62,986 nucleotides of DNA from the NCBI GenBank assembly GCA_022545455.1, contig JACZQZ010000002.1, forward strand, positions 1-62,986, in the 5' to 3' direction. Within the stretch, counting starts at the first letter, position 1. Every line of letters begins with the position of its first letter. Shown piece after piece: positions 54,407 to 62,438 of this stretch. The DNA is from Pseudomonadota bacterium. GTDB taxonomy: Bacteria; Pseudomonadota; Alphaproteobacteria; Rhodospirillales; 2-02-FULL-58-16. The notes below the pieces were generated by a model. It had not been told where the DNA came from. It did not search any database and saw only the letters and a program-made list of their open reading frames with translations. The translations under genes were made by a program, and so were the position numbers.

Positions 54407-55669
54407 ATGAGACGTGTGGTTGTCACCGGACTTGGGCTCGTGACCTCCCTCGGGTGCGGGGTCGGGGTCAATTGGGAGCGCCTGATCAACGGCCAATCCG
54501 GTATCCGGGCCATCCAATCGTTTGACGTTTCGGACCTGACGTCGAAGATCGCCGGGCAGGTGCCTAACGGCGATTCCGGTGACGGGCTGTTCAACATCGA
54601 CGACTGGGTGCCGCGCAAGGACCAGCGCCGCATGGACATGTTCATCGTCTACGGCCTGACCGCGGCACAGCAGGCGGTGGAGGATTCGGGCTGGACGCCG
54701 GAGGACGAGGAGGCCTGTTGCCGCACCGGCGTCCTGATCGGCTCGGGCATCGGCGGCCTGTACGAGATCTCCAAGGGCGCGGTGATCGTCGATGACCACC
54801 ACGTGCGGCGCCTGAGTCCGTTCTTCATTCCGGCCAGCCTGATCAACCTGATATCGGGACATGTGGCCATCCGCTATGGCTTCAAGGGTCCGAACCACGC
54901 GGTGGTGACGGCCTGCTCGACCGGCTCGCACGCCATCGGCGACGCCGCCCGCATGATCATGTGGGACGATGCCGACGTCATGGTGGCGGGCGGGGCGGAA
55001 GCGGCGGTCTGCCGTCTCGGCGTGGCCGGTTTCGCCCGTGCCAAGGCGTTGTCGACCAACTTCAACGATACGCCGGAAAGGGCCTCCAGGCCCTGGGACA
55101 AGGACCGCGACGGCTTTGTCATGGGCGATGGCGCCGGCGTTTTGGTGCTCGAGGAACTGGAGCACGCCAGGAACCGCGGGGCCAGGATCTACGCCGAGGT
55201 GGTCGGCTACGGCATGTCCGGGGACGCCTTTCACATCACCGCCCCGGCGGCGGACGGGAACGGCGCCTATCGCTGCATGAAGACGGCGCTCGCGCGGGCG
55301 CGCATGACGCCCGAGGACATCGATTACGTGAATGCCCATGGCACCTCGACGCCCCTCGGCGACGAGATCGAACTGGAAGCGGTGAAACGGCTGTTCGGGG
55401 ACGCGGCGTCGAAGATTTCCATGTCGTCGACCAAGTCCGCCATCGGCCATCTGCTGGGGGCGGCCGGCGCCGTGGAGGCCGTTTACTCCATCCTCGCCAT
55501 GGTGAACGGGCTGGTGCCGCCGACCCTCAACCTGGACAACCCTTCCCAAGGCTGCGACATCGACCTGGTTCCCCACCACGCCAAGGAGCGCAAGGTCCGG
55601 GCCGTGCTTTCCAACTCCTTCGGGTTCGGCGGAACCAACGTCTCCCTCGTCCTCAAAGCGGTGGCGTGA
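54407..55669 (+). CDS. fabF: 3-oxoacyl-ACP synthase II
   Basis: 420 aa. Active-site Cys in ACSTGSHAIG, His in NAHGTSTPLGD and GHLLGAAG. Confidence 0.95.
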   Translation: MRRVVVTGLGLVTSLGCGVGVNWERLINGQSGIRAIQSFDVSDLTSKIAGQVPNGDSGDGLFNIDDWVPRKDQRRMDMFIVYGLTAAQQAVEDSGWTPEDEEACCRTGVLIGSGIGGLYEISKGAVIVDDHHVRRLSPFFIPASLINLISGHVAIRYGFKGPNHAVVTACSTGSHAIGDAARMIMWDDADVMVAGGAEAAVCRLGVAGFARAKALSTNFNDTPERASRPWDKDRDGFVMGDGAGVLVLEELEHARNRGARIYAEVVGYGMSGDAFHITAPAADGNGAYRCMKTALARARMTPEDIDYVNAHGTSTPLGDEIELEAVKRLFGDAASKISMSSTKSAIGHLLGAAGAVEAVYSILAMVNGLVPPTLNLDNPSQGCDIDLVPHHAKERKVRAVLSNSFGFGGTNVSLVLKAVA

Positions 55670-55674
55670 CCTGC

Positions 55675-55939
55675 AATACCAAGGAGCGCTGATCATGACC
55701 CATGGAGATCGCGTAGGCGGCTCGTCGGGCAGGAGGAAAGGTGCAGGCGATGCGGCGCATCGTCAAAACTTTTCGACGCCCTCCGACGGGCCGCATACGC
55801 GACCGCAACGGCGGCTTACCAAGGCTTGCGGACGGCGTCGCGCACGCTTCGCGATGCCCCGCATCGCCACCGCGCACGCTTAGGGCCGAAAACCTTGGTA
55901 AGCCGGCTCGTCGGGTCATGATCGGCGCCCCTTGGTATT
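55675..55939. mobile_element. MITE-like 265-bp element with 27-bp terminal inverted repeats (AATACCAAGGAGCGCTGATCATGACCC) and a nested 86-bp inverted-repeat unit
   Basis: Arms at 55675..55701 and 55913..55939 are complementary at 25/27 positions (hand count). The inner pair is CTTACCAAGG (55816) / CCTTGGTAAG (55901). There are two similar internal hairpins, CGATGC-ggc-GCATCG and GCGATGC-ccc-GCATCGC. The element fills the whole fabF-mltG gap. Confidence 0.55.
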
Positions 55940-55945
55940 AGCACC

Positions 55946-56938
55946 ATGGGGCCGTTCGCGCGACGCATCGGGTTGGTTCTGGTTTTTCTCGGCGTCGTCT
56001 TCACCGCCGTGTCCGTCTGGGCCTATGCGCAGTTCGTGCGGCCCGGCCCCCTGGCCGCCCCCAAGACCGTGATCATTTCCCGCGGCGCCGGCTTGGACGA
56101 CATCGCCGCCCAACTGGCCGCCGCCGGCGTGCTTCCGGATCCGCTGGTTTTTCGTGTCGCCGCCTGGCTCTTGGGCAGGGACAAGAGCCTGCGCGCCGGC
56201 GAGTACCTGTTTGCGGCGCGCATCAGCCCGCGTCAGGCGGTCGCGCTGCTGCAAAGCGGCAAAACCGTTGTCCGCCGGCTGACCGTGGCCGAGGGCCTGA
56301 CGACGACGCAGGTGCTGGCCCAACTGAACCGCACCGAGGGGCTGGAGGGTGATCTCCGGTCATCGCCCGGCGAGGGGACCCTGTTGCCGGAAACCTATCA
56401 CTTTTCGTACGGCGAGCGGCGGGATGCCATGGTCACCCGCATGCGCGCGGCCATGGACGAGACCCTTGCCCGGCTGTGGGATTCCCGCGCCCCCGGGTTG
56501 CCCCTGAAGAGTCCCCGTGAGGCGCTGATCCTTGCCTCCATCGTCGAGAAGGAGACCGCGTTGCCCGAAGAGCGGAGCCGCATCGCCGCCGTCTTCCTCA
56601 ATCGCCTCGGCAAGGGCATGCGGCTGCAATCGGATCCGACGGTGGCCTACGCCTTGACCGGGGGACTGGGGCCGCTGGACCGGCCGCTGAGCCGCGCCGA
56701 CCTGAAAACACCCTCGCCGTTCAACACCTATCTGATCGACGGCCTTCCCCCCGGTCCGGTGTGCAATCCGGGCCGGGCGGCGATGGCAGCGGTCCTCGAC
56801 CCGGTCGCAACCGAGGATTTCTATTTCGTCGCCGACGGCACCGGTGGCCACGTGTTCGCCCGCACCCTCGGCGAGCACAACCGCAACGTGGTCCGCTGGC
56901 GCAAATTCCAGGAGAATCAACGCACGACCGGGCAATGA
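55946..56938 (+). CDS. mltG: Endolytic murein transglycosylase MltG (YceG family)
   Basis: 330 aa with an N-terminal TM anchor, ILASIVEKE and YNTY/PPGP motifs (FNTYLIDGLPPGPVCNPG). Confidence 0.9.
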   Translation: MGPFARRIGLVLVFLGVVFTAVSVWAYAQFVRPGPLAAPKTVIISRGAGLDDIAAQLAAAGVLPDPLVFRVAAWLLGRDKSLRAGEYLFAARISPRQAVALLQSGKTVVRRLTVAEGLTTTQVLAQLNRTEGLEGDLRSSPGEGTLLPETYHFSYGERRDAMVTRMRAAMDETLARLWDSRAPGLPLKSPREALILASIVEKETALPEERSRIAAVFLNRLGKGMRLQSDPTVAYALTGGLGPLDRPLSRADLKTPSPFNTYLIDGLPPGPVCNPGRAAMAAVLDPVATEDFYFVADGTGGHVFARTLGEHNRNVVRWRKFQENQRTTGQ

Positions 56939-56959
56939 GGGGGCCAGCGCTCCTTGGCA

Positions 56960-58954
56960 TCAGTCACCGCCGGCGGCGACGGACACCAGCCGGGGCGCCT
57001 CTTGCGGGGCCTGCCGGGCGCGGAGCCAATCCTCGAAGTCGGGGACGGGCAGAGGCCTGCCGATGAAATAGCCCTGGGCGCCGTCACATCCCATTGCCGC
57101 CAACAAGGCAAGGGTTTCACCGGATTCGACCCCTTCGGCGCTGGCCGTCAGGCCGAAGTTGTGGGCCAGATCGATCGTCGATCTGACGATGGTCTGGTGG
57201 TCCTCGTCATCCAGCATGTCGCGGACGAAGGACGTGTCGATCTTGAGTTCGTGTACCGGCAACGCCTTCAGGCAGGCGAGCGAGGAATACCCGGTGCCGA
57301 AATCGTCGATGGAGATTTTCAGGCCATATTCGGCAAGACGGACGATGTTCGCCCTGCACCGTTCCATATCCGCCATGATCGCATCCTCGGTGAATTCCAT
57401 GATCAGGCGCCCCGGTTCCACGCCGTATCCGTCCAGCAGGTCCCTGATCAATTGGGGCAGGTCGTTGTCCTGCAGGGTTTTGGCCGAAAGGTTGACGGAC
57501 ACGGTCAGGTCGATGCCGGCGGCGCGCCAGCGCGCACATTGCTCGATGGAGGACCGCAACGCCCACTCGGTGAGATTGTGGATCAGGCCGGTATGCTCCG
57601 CGACCGCGACGAACTCGTCCGCCGGAACGAACCCGTGTACGGGGTGACGCCACCGCGCCAGCGATTCGACACCGATCACCTGGTTGGTCGGAATGGATAT
57701 CCTGGGCTGATAGTGAAGCTCGAGCTCTTCGCGCTCGATGGCCTGGCCGAGCTCTCCGGTCAGGCTCACCAGGGTCAAATGGCGCACGCTGTGATGATCC
57801 TGATCCTCATCGTAGAACGCCATCGGCAGTCCCGCGTTCTTGGCCACGTACATGGCGACGTCGGCCTTTTGTATCAGCTCCGTCATGTCCGTTCCGTCGT
57901 CGGGAAAGATCGCCGCGCCGACGCTTGCGTTCACGTCCAGCGTCAGCCCATTGCACAGCAAAGGCGCGTCCAGCGCCTTCTTCAGGCGCTCGCTCAGGTT
58001 TGTCACGGCGAACCTGTCCAGCACCGGGGACAAAAGGAGGGCGAACTCGTCCCCGCCCAGTCGCGCGATCATGTCGGAGGAGCGCAAAAGCTTGGTCAGG
58101 CGCCTGGCGATCTGCTGCAACACCAGGTCGCCGATGTGATGGCCAAGGGTGTCGTTGATCTCCTTGAACCGGTTGAGATCGACAACCAACAGGGCGAACC
58201 GGTCGCCCGTGCGCCGGGCCCGGCAACCGCAGTCGTGCATGCGATCATAGAGGAGCGTCCGATTGGGAAGGCCCGTCAGCGCATCGTGGAGCGCCTGGTG
58301 TTCCAGCGCATCGTGGTGTGCCTTTTGATCGGTGATGTCGCGGACGTAGGCGATCTGCCAGGACCCGCCGTCATCGACCAGCTCGCGCATCGTGATTTCG
58401 ACGGGAAAGGCCGACTCGTCCATCCGATGCGCCACCATCTCGCGACGGCGTATGCCGGGCCCCGGCGCGGCGCCGGAATCGGGGCGCGCCATGAGAGCGG
58501 TGGCGTCCGGTATGAGGCTGCCGATATGGCGGCCAACCAGCGTTTGCGCGCCGTCGTCCTGCGCGCCCGCGCCGAGCATCTGCCGGGCGGCGGGGTTGGC
58601 GTCCAGGATGACCCCGATCTCATCGAGTAACAGGATGCCGTCGGAGCTGTTGTCGACGGCGCCGTTCATCATGGTTTGCCGATGGCGGACGGTGTCGTCC
58701 TGGCGCCGCAGGCGCGACGGGTTCCGCCCGGCCCGACGGACGAGTGTGTAAACAAGGCAAAGCGCCGCCGCCGTCACGATGGTGGCGATCAGCGGGCCGA
58801 AGGTGGCCGGGCGACCGAAAAACGTGAATTGCGCCGCCAGAATCCCGGTGTCGACGAAGGGCAAAGCTCCGGCAAGGTAAAACGCCCCAACCGCCAGGAA
58901 GAAAAGGGCGGAGGTCGCGTACCATGTCTTCGGCGCTTTGGGCCCTTTCGGCAT
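56960..58954 (-). CDS. PAS-GGDEF-EAL signalling protein; a CHASE2-less paralogue of the gene at 59522..62332
   Basis: Internal Met (MPKGPKAPKTW) of ORF 56960..59164. RLGGDEFALLLS with RSSD (RxxD) 5 residues upstream. The EAL domain carries an ESL variant (GVESLARWRHP) and DDFGTGYSSL. Confidence 0.9.
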   Translation of the reverse strand: MPKGPKAPKTWYATSALFFLAVGAFYLAGALPFVDTGILAAQFTFFGRPATFGPLIATIVTAAALCLVYTLVRRAGRNPSRLRRQDDTVRHRQTMMNGAVDNSSDGILLLDEIGVILDANPAARQMLGAGAQDDGAQTLVGRHIGSLIPDATALMARPDSGAAPGPGIRRREMVAHRMDESAFPVEITMRELVDDGGSWQIAYVRDITDQKAHHDALEHQALHDALTGLPNRTLLYDRMHDCGCRARRTGDRFALLVVDLNRFKEINDTLGHHIGDLVLQQIARRLTKLLRSSDMIARLGGDEFALLLSPVLDRFAVTNLSERLKKALDAPLLCNGLTLDVNASVGAAIFPDDGTDMTELIQKADVAMYVAKNAGLPMAFYDEDQDHHSVRHLTLVSLTGELGQAIEREELELHYQPRISIPTNQVIGVESLARWRHPVHGFVPADEFVAVAEHTGLIHNLTEWALRSSIEQCARWRAAGIDLTVSVNLSAKTLQDNDLPQLIRDLLDGYGVEPGRLIMEFTEDAIMADMERCRANIVRLAEYGLKISIDDFGTGYSSLACLKALPVHELKIDTSFVRDMLDDEDHQTIVRSTIDLAHNFGLTASAEGVESGETLALLAAMGCDGAQGYFIGRPLPVPDFEDWLRARQAPQEAPRLVSVAAGGD

Positions 58955-59213
58955 TCGTGCCTCTCCCTGCGTTTTGCGGGCGCCGTGTCCATGTGGCGCG
59001 GCGTCCTTGCGGGGGCGGAAAACCCGCACGGGCACCGTCACGATTGCGTCGGGCGGCCAGCCATTGCCGCCGGCCCGATCACTACGACAGGGGGTCCACC
59101 GGCACGGCCCGCGGTGGGCGCACCGGCATGGGTTCGATTCTGTCGTCACGCCCTCCTCGTACATCCGGTGACGACGGCTTGCGGCGCCGCGCCTATCCGG
59201 CCCGGCGAGAAGT

Positions 59214-59372
59214 CCTAAGAATTCTTATGTAATTTAGCGATGATTAACCACTCGGTCAACAAGTATTAATACAAAAGTATAATAAGTATCGTTACGAATC
59301 TATGTAAAATTCTATAAAGCGTGAATATAATTATCATAAATATTGTATAAAATTTTATCCAAATTGTATGGA
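59214..59372. other. AT-rich island of about 160 bp in an otherwise GC-rich context
   Basis: Read directly. It contains the perfect palindrome TAAGAATTCTTA (59216..59227) and repeated AAGTAT / TATAA / ATTGTAT motifs. It lies between the two GGDEF-EAL paralogues. Confidence 0.8.
59231..59259 (-). promoter_or_regulatory. Candidate sigma-70 promoter (TTGACC - 17 nt - TAAATT) reading toward the CHASE2-less GGDEF-EAL gene
   Basis: On the minus strand, CTTGTTGACCgagtggttaatcatcgcTAAATTacat with AT-rich (UP-element-like) DNA upstream. This would give a 5' UTR of about 270 nt. Confidence 0.4.
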
Positions 59373-59521
59373 TCGTGCGGACAACACACGGGTTGCCGGC
59401 CCCGTTTGATTCTCGATGTTTTCGGAGGGTGGTGTTCCGCTTCCGCCGCGGGGCGGGTTTAGGCGTGACGTCCCGACCGGGTATTTAGGGACACTGGTGT
59501 ACGAATCTCTGGGACAGGACA

Positions 59522-62332
59522 CTAGCCGGCGACGGACGCAAGCCGGGGCGGCTCTTGGGCGGCCTGCCAGGTGTGGAGCCAGTCCTCGAAATCGCCGATG
59601 GGCAGGGCCTTGCTCATGAAATAGCCCTGGGCGACGTCGGCGTCCATGTCCGCCAGCAGGGCGAGGATCTCGGCGGATTCGACCCCTTCGGCGACCACCG
59701 TCAGGCCCAGGTTGTGGGCAAGCTGGATGGTGGATTTGACGATGACCTGGTCGCTCTCGTTTTCCATCATTTCCATGACAAAGGACTTGTCGATCTTGAG
59801 TTCGTGCACCGGCAGGTCCTTCAGGTACGCGAGCGAGGAATACCCGGTGCCGAAATCATCGATGGACAGCTTCATCCCCTTCTCCGCGAGACGGTCGATG
59901 ACCGCCTTGGAGCGATCCGAATCCACCATGATCGCGCTCTCGGTGATTTCCGCCACAAGCCACTCCGGTTCCACGCCGTATTCGTCCAACAGGTCCCCGA
60001 TCAATTGGGGCAGGCCGCCGTCCTGCAGGATCTTGGCCGAAAGGTTTACGGACACACTCAGGTCCAAGCCCGCCGCGCGCCAGCGCGCGCACTGCTCGAT
60101 GGAGGTCCGCAACGCCCACTCCGTCAGGTTCTGGATGAGCCCCGTCTGCTCGGCCAGCGTGATGAACTCTTCGGCCGAAACGTATCCATGCTCAGGGTGG
60201 TGCCACCGGGCCAGGGCCTCGACGCCGATGACCCGGTTGGTCTCGACGGAAATCTTGGGCTGGTAGTGAAGCTCGAGCTCCTCTCCCTCGATGGCGCGTT
60301 TGAGTTCCCCGGTCAGGGTCAAATGGCGGACACTGTTGTGATCCCGATCCGGATCGTAGAAGGCCAGCGGGAGCCCCGCGTTCTTGGCCACGTACATGGC
60401 GATGTCGGCCTTTTGAACCAGCTCGGTGGCGTCGATTCCGTCGTCGGGAAAGATGGCGACGCCGATGCTGGCGCCGACGTCGAGGGTCATGCCCTTGCAC
60501 TGCATGGGCGCTTCCAGAGCCTTCTCCAGGCGCCCGGCAAGCTTTGTCACCGAACCATCGGCATGCACCGGGGACAAGAGGATGGCAAACTCGTCGCCGC
60601 CCAGGCGGGCGATCATGTCGGATCGGCGCAACGGCGTCTTGAGGCGTTCGGCGATCTGCTGCAGCACCAGGTCGCCGATGTGATGGCCGAGGGTGTCGTT
60701 GATTTCCTTGAACCGGTCGAGGTCGAGAATCATAAGGGCAAAATGCTCGCCCGTGCGTGAGGCCCGGCTGATGGTTTCGCCGAGGCGCCTGGAAAGGTAG
60801 GTCCGGTTGGGAAGGCCCGTCAGCGCATCGTGCAGCGCCTGGTGCTCCAGGGCGTCCTGGTGCGCTTTGCGGTCGGTGATGTCGCGGATAAACGCGATGT
60901 GCCAGCTCCCGTTGTCCGTAGACATTTCCCGCATGGCGATCTCGACCGGGAATTTCGACTCGTCCGTCCGCTGCGCCACGGTCTCGTGGTGGCGGGCGCG
61001 TGCCACGGGAGCGGCACCGGCACCGGGGCGCCGAATCAGGGCGCCGGCGTCGGGGATAAAGGTTTCGATAGGGCGGCCCGCCAGCTTGTCCGCGTCCTCG
61101 CCGAACAATTTCCCGGCGGCGGGGTTCGCATCGAGAATAACCCCGGTTTCATCGAGTATGAGGATGCCGTCGAAGCTGGTGCGGACGACACCTTTCATCA
61201 TGGCGTCCTTGTCGCGTATCTGGGCGCCTTGGTGCCGGATGCGCAGCGTCATCCAGTCGGACTGGCTGATGATCCCGGAAACGAAGCAGAGCGCCGTCGC
61301 CAGGAGAATGGCCGAGGTGTCGAGAACGAAATTCTCTTGATGCGCCGCCATCGCCGCGACGGTCACGGCGGCCCAGGTGAGGACCAGCAAGGCGAGACTC
61401 TTGCGCCAGTTCCAGCCGGCGTACCTGGGGCCGAAGACGAATACGAGCAGGCCGGCGACGGCGAGCACGAACAAGGGATTCAGTCCTTGCAGCAGACGGT
61501 CCTGGACCAGGGACTGGTAGACAAGTCCCATCACCCGGACACCCGGTATGATCCCCCAACGGGGTGTTGAGAGGTTGTCGCCCAGCTGCACCGCCGTCGC
61601 CCCGACGATCACCCTCTTGCCGGCCACGCGGCCGGGGTCGAAACGCTTCGCCAGCACGTCGGCATAGGAGATCTGGTTGATGGTCTTGGGCGAGATGCCG
61701 AAATCGATGTGGTATGGGCCGCCGGCGTAGGTCTCCACACCCGCGAGCTTTGCCGCCAGGAAGGGGATCGTCCCGTCCTTCCACGGCTGTTCGATGTCGA
61801 CGCGCCGGACGACCCCGTCCGGGTCCGGCCGCAGGGACACGGACGCCAACGAAGCCTTGTCGCGGAACGCGGCCAGCGGTTCGGTGAGGATGATGCCGGG
61901 TTCGCCCGCGTCTTCGCCGGCGTTGCCCTGGCGGTACTGCTTGAAGACCGGCAGGATTACGCGCGACCCGGCCCGCGCCAGGGCCCTCGCGAAACGGGAA
62001 TCGCCGTCGGCGTTGGAAGCCGAGCTGAAGTCGACGTCGAACGCGATACGGTCGGCGCCGGCGTCCAAGAGCGCCTCCAGGACCCGCGCGTGGTACTCCC
62101 TGGGCCAGGGCCAGGTCCCCAGTTCCTCCAGGCTTTCCGCGTCGATGGCGACGATCACCAGATCCGGGGTGGCGTCACGCCCGAAGACGGCGAACTGCGC
62201 CTCGAGAAGCTTGTTGTCCACGAAGCGCAAGGCCCCGGAAAGATAAAGCGCCGCGACCGCCAGGAAGATAACGGCGGACGTGACGTACCGGGTCTTTAGG
62301 GCCTTGTGTTCTTTGGACGGTCCGTTCGACAT
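59522..62332 (-). CDS. CHASE2-PAS-GGDEF-EAL membrane signalling protein
   Basis: 936 aa. The CHASE2 region has LVIVAIDAESLEELGTWPWPREYHARVL, followed by 3 TM helices, a PAS domain, RLGGDEFAILLS (RRSD I-site) and an EAL domain (GVEALARWHHP, DDFGTGYSSL). Confidence 0.9.
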   Translation of the reverse strand: MSNGPSKEHKALKTRYVTSAVIFLAVAALYLSGALRFVDNKLLEAQFAVFGRDATPDLVIVAIDAESLEELGTWPWPREYHARVLEALLDAGADRIAFDVDFSSASNADGDSRFARALARAGSRVILPVFKQYRQGNAGEDAGEPGIILTEPLAAFRDKASLASVSLRPDPDGVVRRVDIEQPWKDGTIPFLAAKLAGVETYAGGPYHIDFGISPKTINQISYADVLAKRFDPGRVAGKRVIVGATAVQLGDNLSTPRWGIIPGVRVMGLVYQSLVQDRLLQGLNPLFVLAVAGLLVFVFGPRYAGWNWRKSLALLVLTWAAVTVAAMAAHQENFVLDTSAILLATALCFVSGIISQSDWMTLRIRHQGAQIRDKDAMMKGVVRTSFDGILILDETGVILDANPAAGKLFGEDADKLAGRPIETFIPDAGALIRRPGAGAAPVARARHHETVAQRTDESKFPVEIAMREMSTDNGSWHIAFIRDITDRKAHQDALEHQALHDALTGLPNRTYLSRRLGETISRASRTGEHFALMILDLDRFKEINDTLGHHIGDLVLQQIAERLKTPLRRSDMIARLGGDEFAILLSPVHADGSVTKLAGRLEKALEAPMQCKGMTLDVGASIGVAIFPDDGIDATELVQKADIAMYVAKNAGLPLAFYDPDRDHNSVRHLTLTGELKRAIEGEELELHYQPKISVETNRVIGVEALARWHHPEHGYVSAEEFITLAEQTGLIQNLTEWALRTSIEQCARWRAAGLDLSVSVNLSAKILQDGGLPQLIGDLLDEYGVEPEWLVAEITESAIMVDSDRSKAVIDRLAEKGMKLSIDDFGTGYSSLAYLKDLPVHELKIDKSFVMEMMENESDQVIVKSTIQLAHNLGLTVVAEGVESAEILALLADMDADVAQGYFMSKALPIGDFEDWLHTWQAAQEPPRLASVAG

Positions 62333-62438
62333 TTTAGCCTCACTCGGCGCTTTTCGTGGGTGGTGGTGTCGTTAACAGCGCGGCGCCCTTACGGGCACGG
62401 AACACCCGTAAGGACGCCTCTCGCCGTCTGTCTGGCGG

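Noticed and set aside
59125-59150. A GGTTCGATTC string resembling a tRNA T-loop, considered as a possible tRNA or tRNA-fragment att site.
   Set aside because: The flanking bases cannot form a T-stem (ATGGG / CTGTC) and no acceptor, D or anticodon arms could be drawn. I found no tRNA anywhere in the window by eye.
58955-59225. A possible c-di-GMP (GEMM-I) riboswitch in the long 5' UTR of the GGDEF-EAL gene. On the minus strand, GGCAAUGG...CCGACGCAAUCG vaguely resembles GGCAAAC...GGGACGCAAAGC.
   Set aside because: There is no GNRA tetraloop hairpin or receptor helix between the motifs, and the conserved bases match only partly. It needs an Infernal scan and is not supportable by eye.
59214-59372. 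The AT-rich island with a DnaA-box-like TTATCCAAA, considered as a replication origin because dnaB is about 10 kb away.
   Set aside because: There is only one box-like 9-mer. There is no cluster of boxes and no dnaA, hemE or parAB context, and dnaB proximity is not an origin marker. A promoter or silencer-site explanation is simpler.
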